Below are positions 40,973 through 51,725 of a stretch of 64,000 bases of DNA, piece after piece (position 1 is the first letter of the stretch; each line of letters opens with the position of its first letter). Location of the stretch: positions 1 through 64,000 of IMG/VR virus record IMGVR_UViG_3300029305_001221. One strand, 5' to 3'. Below the pieces are notes generated by a model, which worked only from the letters and a program-made list of their open reading frames with translations, searched no databases and was not told the DNA's origin. The translations under genes and the position numbers were made by a program. The stretch is from a virus (lineage: Duplodnaviria > Caudoviricetes).

Positions 40973-41368
40973 ATGCTGTTCTTTGTGTTTATCGCTATTC
41001 TTGTCGCGTCGCTCGTTATATTTGACAAGGCGTTTGACAGTGATCTTATCGCTGGTAGTTGTGCTGTTTTAGCTGTGCTTGCTATTGTCGCTGTTATTGT
41101 GTCTCTTATTATCATGGGTGTCAACTACATCAACGTTGACGGCTATGTTGATAGGATGAATGTTCGATATGATACTCTGGTCTATCAGTACGAGAATGAT
41201 ATTTACGACAATGACAACGATCTTGGTAAGCGTGAGCTGATGAAGGACATTCAGAATTGGAACGAGGATCTGGCAGCTAATCGCGAGAGACAGGACGACT
41301 TCTGGGTTGGCATTTATCAGCCTAACATCTATGATCAGTTCGAGTTCATCCAGTTGGAGAAGGAGTAA
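40973..41368 (+). CDS. Two-TM membrane protein
   Basis: Two hydrophobic helices, then a soluble tail. Confidence 0.65.
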   Translation: MLFFVFIAILVASLVIFDKAFDSDLIAGSCAVLAVLAIVAVIVSLIIMGVNYINVDGYVDRMNVRYDTLVYQYENDIYDNDNDLGKRELMKDIQNWNEDLAANRERQDDFWVGIYQPNIYDQFEFIQLEKE

Positions 41369-41643
41369 GATATGTTTCTCTTTGTCTATCATTATGTCTC
41401 AAAAGATACGAGAAGTGATCGGAAGGAATATGAGATCATTAGTGCTTATAACTGGCGCACCGCTCTGATTAAGCTCTTCGATAAAGTGAGTACGAAGGTG
41501 GAGATCGATATTGGTATGTTTGAAAAAATGATCACCGCTGTAAGTGATGACGATGCAGTGGCCATGTTCAACGCTCTTACCAGCTACCATATCGATAAGA
41601 TTTACAAGAACCTTGAAGAATTCTATACAGAACCTGTGGTTAA

Positions 41644-42390
41644 GGAGGAAGTATGACTAATTGTGTAAAGGAGACTCTGTGCACTTCTTGTGTGCATCGT
41701 GAGGTCTGTTCGAAAAAAGAAGAGTACTTGGCCGCGCAAAAGGCCGTGGATAATCTGTTCGTGAAGAAGAATGACGTTATCGGCAATTACCTCAATACTA
41801 TGACATGGATCAAACCTGTGCAGCTGCAGTGTATTTACCATATGAGTAATTGCTATAGTACCGTTCGTGGAATTACTGTTACGGACTGCACCGGCAGCAC
41901 TAGCGACAACGTCTTTAGCCATATTGTTGGTGGGGATACGATTGCCAGATAAGGAGGACGTATGACTTGGCTGGAAAAATTCTATGCGGATAACCCTAGT
42001 AGACTAGGCGCTAGTCCCCATAGCATCGGTTGTCCTACAGATTATTACGCCAGAACGGATTGTCCCAAAGAAACAGACGGATCTACAATGACTTGTGTAA
42101 GATGCTGGAACCGAGAAATGCCTGAAATCCCCGAAGAAAAAGAAAAGGAGAATGAACCCGCTATGGAACTGAAGATCAAAGATTCTGCTAGCCTTAACAT
42201 GATCGTTGAGGCTTTGACCAGAAACGGTTACCATTTGGAGATTGCTACTAAATGGAAAGAGTGGCCGCAGAATGGTATCGACTATTTCTGTGTCTTGGTG
42301 AAGGAAAGGGAGGAAGTATGACTAATTGTGTAAAGGAGACTCTGTGCACTTCTTGTGTGCATCGTGAGGTCTGTTCGAAAAAAGAAGAGT
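41644..42390 (+). repeat. 82-bp identical direct repeat (41644-41725 and 42309-42390) marking a tandem two-gene duplication
   Basis: RBS plus the first 24 codons (MTNCVKETLCTSCVHREVCSKKEE) are identical; period 665 bp. Confidence 0.9.
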
Positions 42391-43073
42391 TCCAGGCTGC
42401 TCAGGACGCTGTATATAATCTGCGTATCGGCGCTACGGAGACTAGCACGGGCGTTTATCTTAACAGCATTTCGTGGATTCGTCCGGTACAGCTGCAGTGT
42501 ACTTATTACATGAGTAATGGCTATGGAACTCTTCGCGGTGTCACTGTTACGGGATGTCTTGACGCTGTTAGCGATTACCACAATGCTGATAAGATTGCCA
42601 GTGCTACAGTTGGCGGTCCGACGATTGCTAGATAAGGAGGATGTATGACCTATAGAGAGAAATTCCATATGGAACATCCTGATAGAGATACTGTTAATAC
42701 TCTAGGACTGGGATGCCCTGCGGATTACGAGCACAATGACAATTGTCCTGAGTACTCTGATGGCACTGTTATGTCTTGCAAAGATTGCTGGGACCGTGAA
42801 ATCCCTGAAGAAAAAGAAGAAAAGGAGAATAAACCTATGAAGAAGACCAAGGCTATGCTGGAGGAAGAGCTGGATCAGAAGAGAGCCGAGATCGAGGATC
42901 TGAAGAAGGAACTCGAGAATGAGATCAATAGAACTGAGAAGTATAAGCAGTTTGAAGAGTGTGCGGATGATCTCAAGGCTCTTCAGAACAGCTTTATCAA
43001 TTCTGGTTTCAGCGATAAGCAGGCTTTCATGATGGTTCTTCAGATCATTGGTGGCGCTCATCCGAGAACTTAA
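41653..43073 (+). other. Duplicated gene pairs A1 41653-41952, B1 41962-42321, A2 42318-42635, B2 42645-43073
   Basis: A1 and A2 are paralogous; B1 and B2 share a GCP..CP..CxxCWxREIPE module. Confidence 0.75.
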
Positions 43074-43082
43074 GGAGGAAGT

Positions 43083-43583
43083 ATGACTACACTCGAAGAA
43101 AAAATTGATCTGGTTCTGAGATGGATCATGACGGACGATAGTCTTGAGAAGATGGATATCGAAATGCAGATCTCGAAAATTCTCAACGACACCTCTACGA
43201 ATGCGCAGCCCTCGGAAACCGAAACTGAGATTATTAAGAGCTACCTTCTCGAGATCGGTATTATGCCTAATCTCGCTGGGTTCCGGTATCTGACTCGTGC
43301 TATCGAGCTGTATAGAGATCGACGTGATTATTACCGAGAGGGTATTACCAGCCGTCTCTATCCGGACGTCGCTAGGTGGTTTGACACTACCCCTCCCCGA
43401 GTAGAACGCTCTATCAGACATGCTATCGAGACCGCTTATGATGGAGGTCTTGGCTATAAGCATCACGCTGCAGATTTCAGTAGTAGCGTTAATTTCAAGA
43501 AGGGTAAATGTACAAATTCGGCCTTTATCGCTATCTGCGATGAGGTCATCGAGAGAAGAATGAAGAGGAGGGTGTGCGTATGA
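43083..43583 (+). CDS. Spo0A C-terminal (effector/DNA-binding) domain protein lacking the receiver domain
   Basis: LLEIGIMPNLAGFRYLTRAI...ITSRLYPDVA...TTPPRVERSIRHAIE. Confidence 0.85.
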   Translation: MTTLEEKIDLVLRWIMTDDSLEKMDIEMQISKILNDTSTNAQPSETETEIIKSYLLEIGIMPNLAGFRYLTRAIELYRDRRDYYREGITSRLYPDVARWFDTTPPRVERSIRHAIETAYDGGLGYKHHAADFSSSVNFKKGKCTNSAFIAICDEVIERRMKRRVCV

Positions 43584-44503
43584 CCACTTTCAGAGAAAAA
43601 CTGATTCAAGAGCATCCGGAGAAAAAAACCTTACGCATCACTGCGGTCGGCTGTCCGGCTGACTATGACTATGAGCATTATGAAAACGACCATTTCAAGT
43701 GCCCTCCTGGCGTTGTTAGATGTGAGGAATGCTGGGACCGTGAGATTCCTGAGACCAATCTCGTGGTCGGTGATTCTAAGGTAGAACATCCCGATACGGA
43801 TATTTCTGAGAAAAAAGAAGAGAATAAAATGATTTACGCTCATATCGGTTGTACCGATTCTATTGACGACATTAACGAAGGTCCTATGAGTGAAGAATAT
43901 AATCGCATTCTCAAAGAGCATCTTGCCAAGAATAGCGAGCCTGTAAACTCTCCCAAAATCCTCGACGAACAGACTAAACCCAAAGTCATCTGCATCTCTG
44001 GCAAGGCTCAGCATGGTAAAGACACCACTGCTGGATATTTGAAAGAGTATCTGGAGGAGAAGGGTAAACGGGTTCTCATCGCTCATTACGGAGATCTGGT
44101 CAAGTATATCTGTACGACCTTCTTTGATTGGGACGGACAGAAAGACGAGCGCGGACGTTCTCTTCTCCAGGAGGTCGGTACGGATGCTGTTCGCACTAAA
44201 ACTCCTGACTTCTGGGTTAAGTTCATCAAGGATGTTCTCGATCACTTCCCGGATAAATGGGATTATGTCATTATTCCCGATTGTCGATTCCCGAATGAGG
44301 TTGAGTATCTGAAAGAGCATGGATATTCTGTCAAGCACGTCCGTGTTATTCGGAGTAACTTCATCAGCCCTCTGACCATCGAGCAGCAGAAGCATGTATC
44401 TGAGGTAGCTCTGGATGATGTGATTCCCGACGTGATTCTGTTCAATACTTTTGGTCTGGAAGAGTTGAGATACGCTGTAAGAAATAGGGGGTTGGATAAG
44501 TAA
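43580..44503 (+). CDS. Deoxynucleoside monophosphate kinase with an N-terminal Cys-rich module
   Basis: ISGKAQHGKDT, RSLLQEVGT, IIPDCRFPNE. Confidence 0.8.
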   Translation: MTTFREKLIQEHPEKKTLRITAVGCPADYDYEHYENDHFKCPPGVVRCEECWDREIPETNLVVGDSKVEHPDTDISEKKEENKMIYAHIGCTDSIDDINEGPMSEEYNRILKEHLAKNSEPVNSPKILDEQTKPKVICISGKAQHGKDTTAGYLKEYLEEKGKRVLIAHYGDLVKYICTTFFDWDGQKDERGRSLLQEVGTDAVRTKTPDFWVKFIKDVLDHFPDKWDYVIIPDCRFPNEVEYLKEHGYSVKHVRVIRSNFISPLTIEQQKHVSEVALDDVIPDVILFNTFGLEELRYAVRNRGLDK

Positions 44504-44910
44504 TGAAAATACTAACTACAGACGACCTCATCTTACTGCTCCGTCATCACAAAAGTAATACTTTTTCGCTTGAAGATCTTGGGCGCGTGCTGGATCACTA
44601 TGGCGATGATTGGTTTATCGAGGGCGACAGGTGGGTCAAATTCAGAGATAACGAGAAAATGGCCGAGTTTCGGAACAGAATTAATGGCGGAGGCAATATC
44701 CTCAAACCCTGCCCGTTCTGTGGTGGCGAAGCGAGACTTGTAAAGGACACCGAATGCTGGGGTCATGGCGAATATCACGATGTCAGATATATTGCTTGTA
44801 CAAAGTGCGGAATCAAAGGCCCGAGCGTTTGTGACATGGAAGTAATGTATGAAAAAACAGCCACTTGGGATTCTGTTGCCGAGAGATGGAATAGGAGAGT
44901 TGGAGTGTGA
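44503..44910 (+). CDS. Protein with a C-terminal Lar-like (restriction alleviation) Zn finger
   Basis: LKPCPFCGGEA...CTKCG...WNRR. Confidence 0.65.
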   Translation: MKILTTDDLILLLRHHKSNTFSLEDLGRVLDHYGDDWFIEGDRWVKFRDNEKMAEFRNRINGGGNILKPCPFCGGEARLVKDTECWGHGEYHDVRYIACTKCGIKGPSVCDMEVMYEKTATWDSVAERWNRRVGV

Positions 44911-45358
44911 TCGCTATTAAGATGTTCCTTATATGGCTTGGTCATATGGCGCTAGCTATGCTCGTGTTCGGTCTACGGCCTGATTTTCTGCGGTATAACA
45001 CATTTATGTCCGGAATGCTGTTCGCTTTGGCGATGTGTATATCGACAGTAATGCTGTATCTATTGTTTGACATTTTGGAGTAAGGAGGCGCTGGGTGGTT
45101 AACAGTATCGATACCAATAACCTAATCGAAGCGTGCAAACGAGTCGATCTGTTTACGTTTTGTAATTGGCGCGAGCAGACTGTATATTTCATCTATCGAG
45201 ACGAACGAACTTTAACGATCGGTCAAGAAGCTGCTATCCGCAGTTTGATCAGATCGCATTTGCCAGATTACGAGATTGTATTTGGTAAATGTAAACCGGC
45301 TACATAACTAAATAAAAGGAGGAGGTCTGAGATACGGCTTCCTCCTTTTAATTAACCC

Positions 45359-45680
45359 TCGCGAAGGAAACAAGCTCCTTTGTGAAAGGAGATGAGCTAA
45401 ATGCTTGTTATTAATGAGGGGTTTAAACTAACCACTTATCCGGAGAATGAGAATAAGCTAATGGATATTCTAGACGCATTCGATGTGGCTATAACTGACA
45501 AACGATATATGTATAATTATCAAATCAGTAAAGAGCCCGTTCGACTGGTATTAGAATGCCACATTAGGGACTCTGAGTATGCCGAATTTGTGGATTACTT
45601 GAGAAATCACTTTGATGGCTGGATTAGTTTAGTCGAATAAAAAAACGAAGAGCTTCGGAGAAATCTGAGGCTCTTTACTT
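45359..45680 (+). other. Isolated cassette: motif 45359, gene 45401-45640, terminator about 45648-45680
   Basis: TCGCGAAGGAAACAAGCTCCTTTGTGA, preceded by a terminator at 45315-45349. Confidence 0.75.
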
Positions 45681-45709
45681 TTAATTTTTAACATCAAAGG
45701 AGTAGCACT

Positions 45710-48700
45710 ATGATATTTCTAAAGATAGTTTTATGGACAGCGATTGTTACCGCATCATTAGTCGCCATTGCGTTTTTATGTATCACGATCTGCGAATATT
45801 CTAGTTACAAAAAAGATACTTTACGCTATACATATCAGAAATTAAACGCCAAGGTATTCATGTCTACATATCATCTGTTTCCCAATCGATATAGTTATGA
45901 TTGGTCCGGAGATGGATATATCGAATCATTAACCTACGCGATTGTTGAACCTGGCGGTAATGCGTTTTTCCCAAATAAAACAGAGTATTGTATTTTGCTC
46001 AACTTTATCGATTACTGCAGGGTTAACGTGTTTTTAACTAGAGAAGAGTCGACAAAGAAACATAAAGAAATCGTTGACCGTGAAACTAACGTCGTTTTGG
46101 AAGACCTGCAGAAATTAACCAAAGAGGAAATTGAAAAGGCTAGTCGAGAAGTCGATAACGCGATTGCAGATGTTAGAAAGCATATGGTGAATGTTTGAGG
46201 AGGTGGAGGAATGGATCGTAAAGAAGCGATAATGCGTATTGTGGAGCATATGCATATTCACAAAATCGGGGAGTATCCGCATATTTATATCAAAGAAGCT
46301 TTAGTAATGGCGATCGCAGCTTTGCAGGAAGAACCTGTGAAACATGGACGGTGGGTTGATCGATATGGCGGGAAATATGCAAACTCATTATATGAGTGTT
46401 CTGAATGCAAAGGGAAGGCTCTTTACAAGTTCGAGGTGGATGTATTAGATCGCGAGCAGATCGTTCAGGCGTTGACCGCTATTTGCCCCCATTGCGGAGC
46501 GAAGATGGATAAGGAGGAATAACGATGTCTATATTATTCAACAAAGATCGTTCTGAAATGATCGTTTCTTGTAAATGCGGATGTGAGGATAGTGTTCATA
46601 TTCGAATCGATAAGGACGATCCGGACACCTTTGCTATTGTAACATACCTTAATGGCAACTTCTACTCCGAGCAGAACGAAAAAGTATTTCGTATTATTGG
46701 CGAGAAACTCAAGAAAATCTGGGCCATTATTCGAAATAAGGACTATTACTATTCTGACATTCTGATGTCTAAGTCGGAATGGGAAGAGTTCGTCGAGTTT
46801 GTGAATGGGTGTCTGGAGGACTAAGTCTATGAAGTTTGTACTTATGGAAGATGGTTTTGATGAGGCGGTCAACGATATTCGAGGTTACTTAAAGAAGGCT
46901 CTGGAAACTAAAAATACAAAAGAAAAAAATCTTATGATTGCCCATGCCAGTGGTATTGCCAACGCGATTTATAAGCTGGTGACAACGAGAGAAGAGGAGA
47001 AGGCTGGGAAGTATGAAGATTCTAGTGAATAAAATGCCTGAGAAAAAAGAGGCGTGTCTGTTCTATAGAACGGAAAAATACTACGATCGTGTTATGCGTG
47101 TATATTGTGGCGTGAATAATAAACCGTGCAGCTTCAAGGATGGCAGTTGCAGATGTTTGCGAATGAATGTCGATAAGGTGGAGTAATAACATCTATGGTA
47201 GATTACGTTTTCGCTGGTATTGCTTTCGGTTGTTTCATCTGTCTTGTTATCATGACCGCTGCTAAATTTATGAGGTGAAAAAATGAAAGTAGAAGATCTG
47301 ACAGTCGATGCTTCGATGTTGGCTGATGGCTGTTATGCTATCCGTGTCCCTAAACACGTAGCCACAATAACCATTTGCGGTGCGGTTCACTGTGTCATCG
47401 ATGATACTATGAGTTTTACAAAACCTACGCCGGAGCAAATTAAGAATCTAAAAGAGACGTTTTGCATTGACGTAGAATTATTTGATGAGGAATAAGGAGG
47501 AATAAAAAATGGATGGAGCAAGCTTTTTCACTGCGGAACTGAATAAGGTATTCGGTAAAGAAATGGCAAACATGATCTCTGCGGAGATTACAGACGAGGA
47601 ACTGCTGCGGCATGCTAAAAATGCTTGGCAGGATATTACTACTTCGAGGAATTACTACAGCGATCCTGAACTCCGGTCGTATCTCAAGAAGGAATACATG
47701 GAGCGTCTTAAGAAACACATCAGCGACGTTATCCAGGAACAGGACGAAAAAGCCCTGCGAGCAGAAGCTGAGAGTATCGTTAAGCAAATCATGGACGAGG
47801 CTCGCAAGAAGATGATCGATCAGGTTAGCGATAATATGGCTTATCTGGTATGCGGCAGCCCTCAGGGCGGCGGTATGAGATCGTTCACGGAGCATATTAT
47901 TTATGATGTGATGAATCGGTAAGGAGTGATGATGCGCAATGGAAGAGTATGTTCTGGATAATGGACGAATAAAACTCGGTCCAGATTGCATGGGCGCTGT
48001 CGAGTTTGAAGATGGTCGTTACGAACCTATTACCAGTATAGATTTCATTACGAAAGCTTATTTCCGATTCATGACAGCGAGCGGTTTGTATGCTTACAAG
48101 GAAGGCTATGAACAAGAAGAAATATTATATTGCGATCCGAGACCGTATACATTTTTCCATTTGAGATACGAGTTTGGAAAATTTGATTATGATCGGTTGG
48201 AATGGATGCATATAAGTAACATAGCTAGAGTGTACGTATACGAACCTGCTTTTTCAGATGTGTTTAATAAGGAGGAAGTATGAACGAAATAAATTACAAC
48301 GAACTCTCGCTGGAAGAGTTGAGTACGGTGGTTAGATCGGCTTTATCGACTATCTACAATAAACTTCGAGAAGAAGAGGACTTCAGTTGGGATCAAAAGT
48401 GCGTGGTCGAGAATTTCGGCGGTGAAGAGCACGAAGTACAACTTCTTATCTTTAACGGCACTTCTGGTACTCCGGGTATTCACTGGCCCGAAACATATTA
48501 TATTTAACTATGAAATCCACAAGCTCAATAATTAAGTGCTGTTACAAATGTATCGACAGATTCATAGGCTGCCATAGTACGTGCGAGAGGTACAAAGCCG
48601 AAAAACAACACTATGAGGGGTTGAAGGCTGAATATAACAAAGGTCATGAAGCAGATGCGTATACAATGCAGGGTTCGCTTCAGAGACGAAACAGGGCAGC

Positions 48701-49176
48701 TCTAGCTCGGAGAAAAAATGTAACATTCAGGCGAAATTACAAGTGAGGTCATTATGGAAGTATTGAAACACGGTGGTAAGATCTATGGAGGTAGGTTGAC
48801 TGCTGCTGAGAAAAAGGCTTTGCAGCTTGAACTCGATAGAATGATTGCGGAAGAACGAGCTGCTATGAAAGCCGAGTACGAGAAAATGCGGCAGGATATT
48901 CTCAAGGATCTTGAGGAATTTAACAACAATAATTTAAAAGAGATCGATGCTATGTTCCTCTGGAGACTACATGAGCATGAGGGCTGGGGTCGTATTAAAA
49001 TGAAGCGCTTTTATATTGACTTTCACAACGATATGAAGGCTTTGGGTGAGCGCTATGAGATGGAGACCTCTGAGGAGAAGATCTGGCTCTGCACTCATAA
49101 GCTTAAGGAATATGGCGTTGATCTCGATGAGTGGGAGAAGGAAGTAAAAATGCTGAACTCTGAGGACGCGAAGTAA
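45710..49176 (+). other. Run of small hypothetical genes, including a fourth PVKHGRW Zn-ribbon gene (46211-46522)
   Basis: ORF track plus RBSs. Confidence 0.6.
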
Positions 49177-49510
49177 ACAGACTCCTTTATGAAAGGAGTG
49201 ATTGTTATGATCATCAAAATTATTATCATTTGGATTGTATTGCAGATTATCGCTGGCATTATCGTCGGTGTAATTCAGGCTAAGAAACAGGAGCGAGCTG
49301 AAATCGAATTCGCTAATAAACCTAAAGAGGAACTATTAGCAATCGCATTACAGCAACCTAATCTCGAGGCTGCGTATTACACATTCGGCAGATGTATGCC
49401 ATATGACGAAGCTGCAGACCTTGTGATTAATAAAATGTTGATAGATCTGCGCATCATTGGCTATCGAAAAGACGAGGAGGAGCTCTGAACAAGGGCTCTT
49501 TCGTTTTATT
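49166..49510 (+). other. Isolated cassette: motif 49166, TM gene 49207-49488, terminator about 49480-49510
   Basis: ACGCGAAGTAAACAGACTCCTTTATGA overlaps the stop codon of the upstream gene. Confidence 0.75.
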
Positions 49511-49847
49511 TCTGAAGTTATCTTAGGAAATTCTGAAGGTAGGTGAAAAAAATGCCAAAATATATCGATATGGAAAAAGTGTGGTGTGGCTCTTGCAGTT
49601 ATAGATCTGTTTGTCCTGATGCTGCGCTCTTTTGTAAGCTGAAAGATCTGGAGACTATTGATATTCCGACTAGATCTGAGGAAGGTTGCGAGTATTGCAA
49701 TAATACCGAAGTCCCTAATGATTGGAAGTTTGACGGTAGAGATTTCATTGTCGGAGATAAGGAATATTTACCGAATATAGACGATGAATACTATTCTTTT
49801 ACGAGAACTGTAAAGTTCTGTCCCAAGTGCGGAAGGCGGTTGAATAA

Positions 49848-50189
49848 ATGCCTGAAATAAAAATTTACGATAAGCTCGTTCGTGATCGGATTCCCGAAAT
49901 TATTGAGAAAAGCGGGCGAAAAGCGTGTTATTGGGAACTTGGGGATGAAGCATTCGAACTCGAACTGAGACGTAAGCTGGTTGAAGAAGCTAACGAATTG
50001 CTGAATGCCAAGACAAAGGACGAGTTTTATGAAGAGCTGGCCGATGTTATGCAGGTTTTGGATAGTTTTCTCGATATGATCGAAGGTACTGAGGCTGATC
50101 GCGTTGTCGATACCATTTACCTCGATAAGCGTAGCGAAAAGGGCGCTTTCGATAAACACATTTACCTGCATAGTGTGGAAGGCGGTTGA
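49848..50189 (+). CDS. MazG-like / PRA-PH nucleotide pyrophosphohydrolase
   Basis: KLVRDRIPEII...KLVEEANE...EELADV. Confidence 0.8.
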   Translation: MPEIKIYDKLVRDRIPEIIEKSGRKACYWELGDEAFELELRRKLVEEANELLNAKTKDEFYEELADVMQVLDSFLDMIEGTEADRVVDTIYLDKRSEKGAFDKHIYLHSVEGG

Positions 50190-50205
50190 ATAAGGAGAAA
50201 AAAGT

Positions 50206-50466
50206 ATGGAATGGTTAAGTGTTAAAGATCGACTTCCTCCGTGCGAGGGGTATCTCGATTGCATGGTTGTAGTTAAGGTCGGAGACGAGTATCACATCGA
50301 CTGCGGTGGTTGGACTTGCGCTACGAGCTGGGATGAAAACGGTAACCGGGTTGAAACTTGGGGTTGGTGGGTTATGAATGACTGGGATGAAGGACAGGGT
50401 TGCATTGTTCAATATTGGATGCCTTATCCAGAACTTCCCCCGGAGATTTCTAATAATCTAAAGTAA
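50206..50466 (+). CDS. DUF551-like protein
   Basis: MEWLSVKDRLP...VQYWMPYPELP. Confidence 0.7.
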   Translation: MEWLSVKDRLPPCEGYLDCMVVVKVGDEYHIDCGGWTCATSWDENGNRVETWGWWVMNDWDEGQGCIVQYWMPYPELPPEISNNLK

Positions 50467-50821
50467 GGATTCGAGATTTGAAATTAGAGAAACTCTATAT
50501 TCGAACGACTGGAGGATGACTAAATGAGGATATTTACAAGAGGTCGTGATGCAGCGGAATATATGCAAAAACTTGAAAGTATGGTTATTGCAATGGCTGT
50601 AGATATTTCTAAATTACTGCAAACTGCTGACACCAATATATGTTTATATACTGCTGAAGAAATTATCGACAATTATACATTTGTTACGTCAGAGCCGTCA
50701 GTTTTAGAAGAGGTATTATATCAACAAAACGGGACTCCATATCTTGAAAGAGAGAGCATACTTGCTTATCTTGTAAGAACGGGCGTTGTTGTGCGAGATG
50801 AATATATGAAGGGATGATTCT

Positions 50822-51376
50822 ATGAAAGTTCTTGTAGTTGTAGACATGCAAAACGATTTCGTTAGCGGTTCTCTAGGTACTCCTGAAGCTCAGGCTATCG
50901 TGCCGAAGGTAAAGAGAAAAATCGAGGAGTATCGTGAAAATGGTGATTTGGTTTGCTTTACGCTAGACACGCACTCTGGTGATTATCTTGAGACTAGAGA
51001 AGGTAAAAAACTTCCTGTAAAGCATTGTATTTACCCTACTTGGGGGTTTCAGATCGTAGACGAATTGTGTGATGGGTCAGAAGCCCTTATTGTCAATAAA
51101 CACACTTTCGGATCCGAAAAGCTTGTCGAATTGCTCAAAGAAGAACGCGAATGCCGCATTGAAAATGACTATATGTATACAAATATTGATGAGATCGAGT
51201 TAGTCGGCCTTTGTACTGATATTTGTGTGGTGAGTAACGCGCTGATGCTGAAGGCAGCTTTCTACAATGATTGCGAGATCTCTGTTGACGCTAATTGCTG
51301 TGCTGGTACAACTCCCGAGATGCATGAGGCAGCTTTGAAAGTTATGGAGTCCTGTCAGATTAATGTGAAGCGTTGA
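50822..51376 (+). CDS. Isochorismatase-family cysteine hydrolase (nicotinamidase-like)
   Basis: VVDMQNDF, LDTH, HC, NKHTFG, GLCTDICV (Asp-Lys-Cys triad). Confidence 0.85.
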   Translation: MKVLVVVDMQNDFVSGSLGTPEAQAIVPKVKRKIEEYRENGDLVCFTLDTHSGDYLETREGKKLPVKHCIYPTWGFQIVDELCDGSEALIVNKHTFGSEKLVELLKEERECRIENDYMYTNIDEIELVGLCTDICVVSNALMLKAAFYNDCEISVDANCCAGTTPEMHEAALKVMESCQINVKR

Positions 51377-51389
51377 AGGAGCATGCTAA

Positions 51390-51722
51390 TTGACTACTAA
51401 ACAACTCGTAGAGATCAGACGACGAAACGAAGCTGGGGAAAGCGATACCATGATTTCAGAAGCTCTTGGAATCGATCAATCTTACGTGTCCCATTGGCGA
51501 AGAACTCTTGGATTAAAACCGCAGGGTATCCATAAGCATCGCACCAAATACATATATTATATTTGGGATTCGAAAACTGACGAGCTATTATTCGTAGGTA
51601 GAGCCTCTGAGTGCGCTGAATTTCTCGGATATACAGCTATACAGAGCTTCTACGCATTGGCCAGCAGATCGAAGCATAAGCGCCGTAATACATATTACGT
51701 ATTAAAGGAGAAAGAGGAGTAA
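51390..51722 (+). CDS. HTH-containing hypothetical protein
   Basis: SDTMISEALGIDQSYVSHWRR. Confidence 0.55.
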   Translation: MTTKQLVEIRRRNEAGESDTMISEALGIDQSYVSHWRRTLGLKPQGIHKHRTKYIYYIWDSKTDELLFVGRASECAEFLGYTAIQSFYALASRSKHKRRNTYYVLKEKEE

Positions 51723-51725
51723 ATT

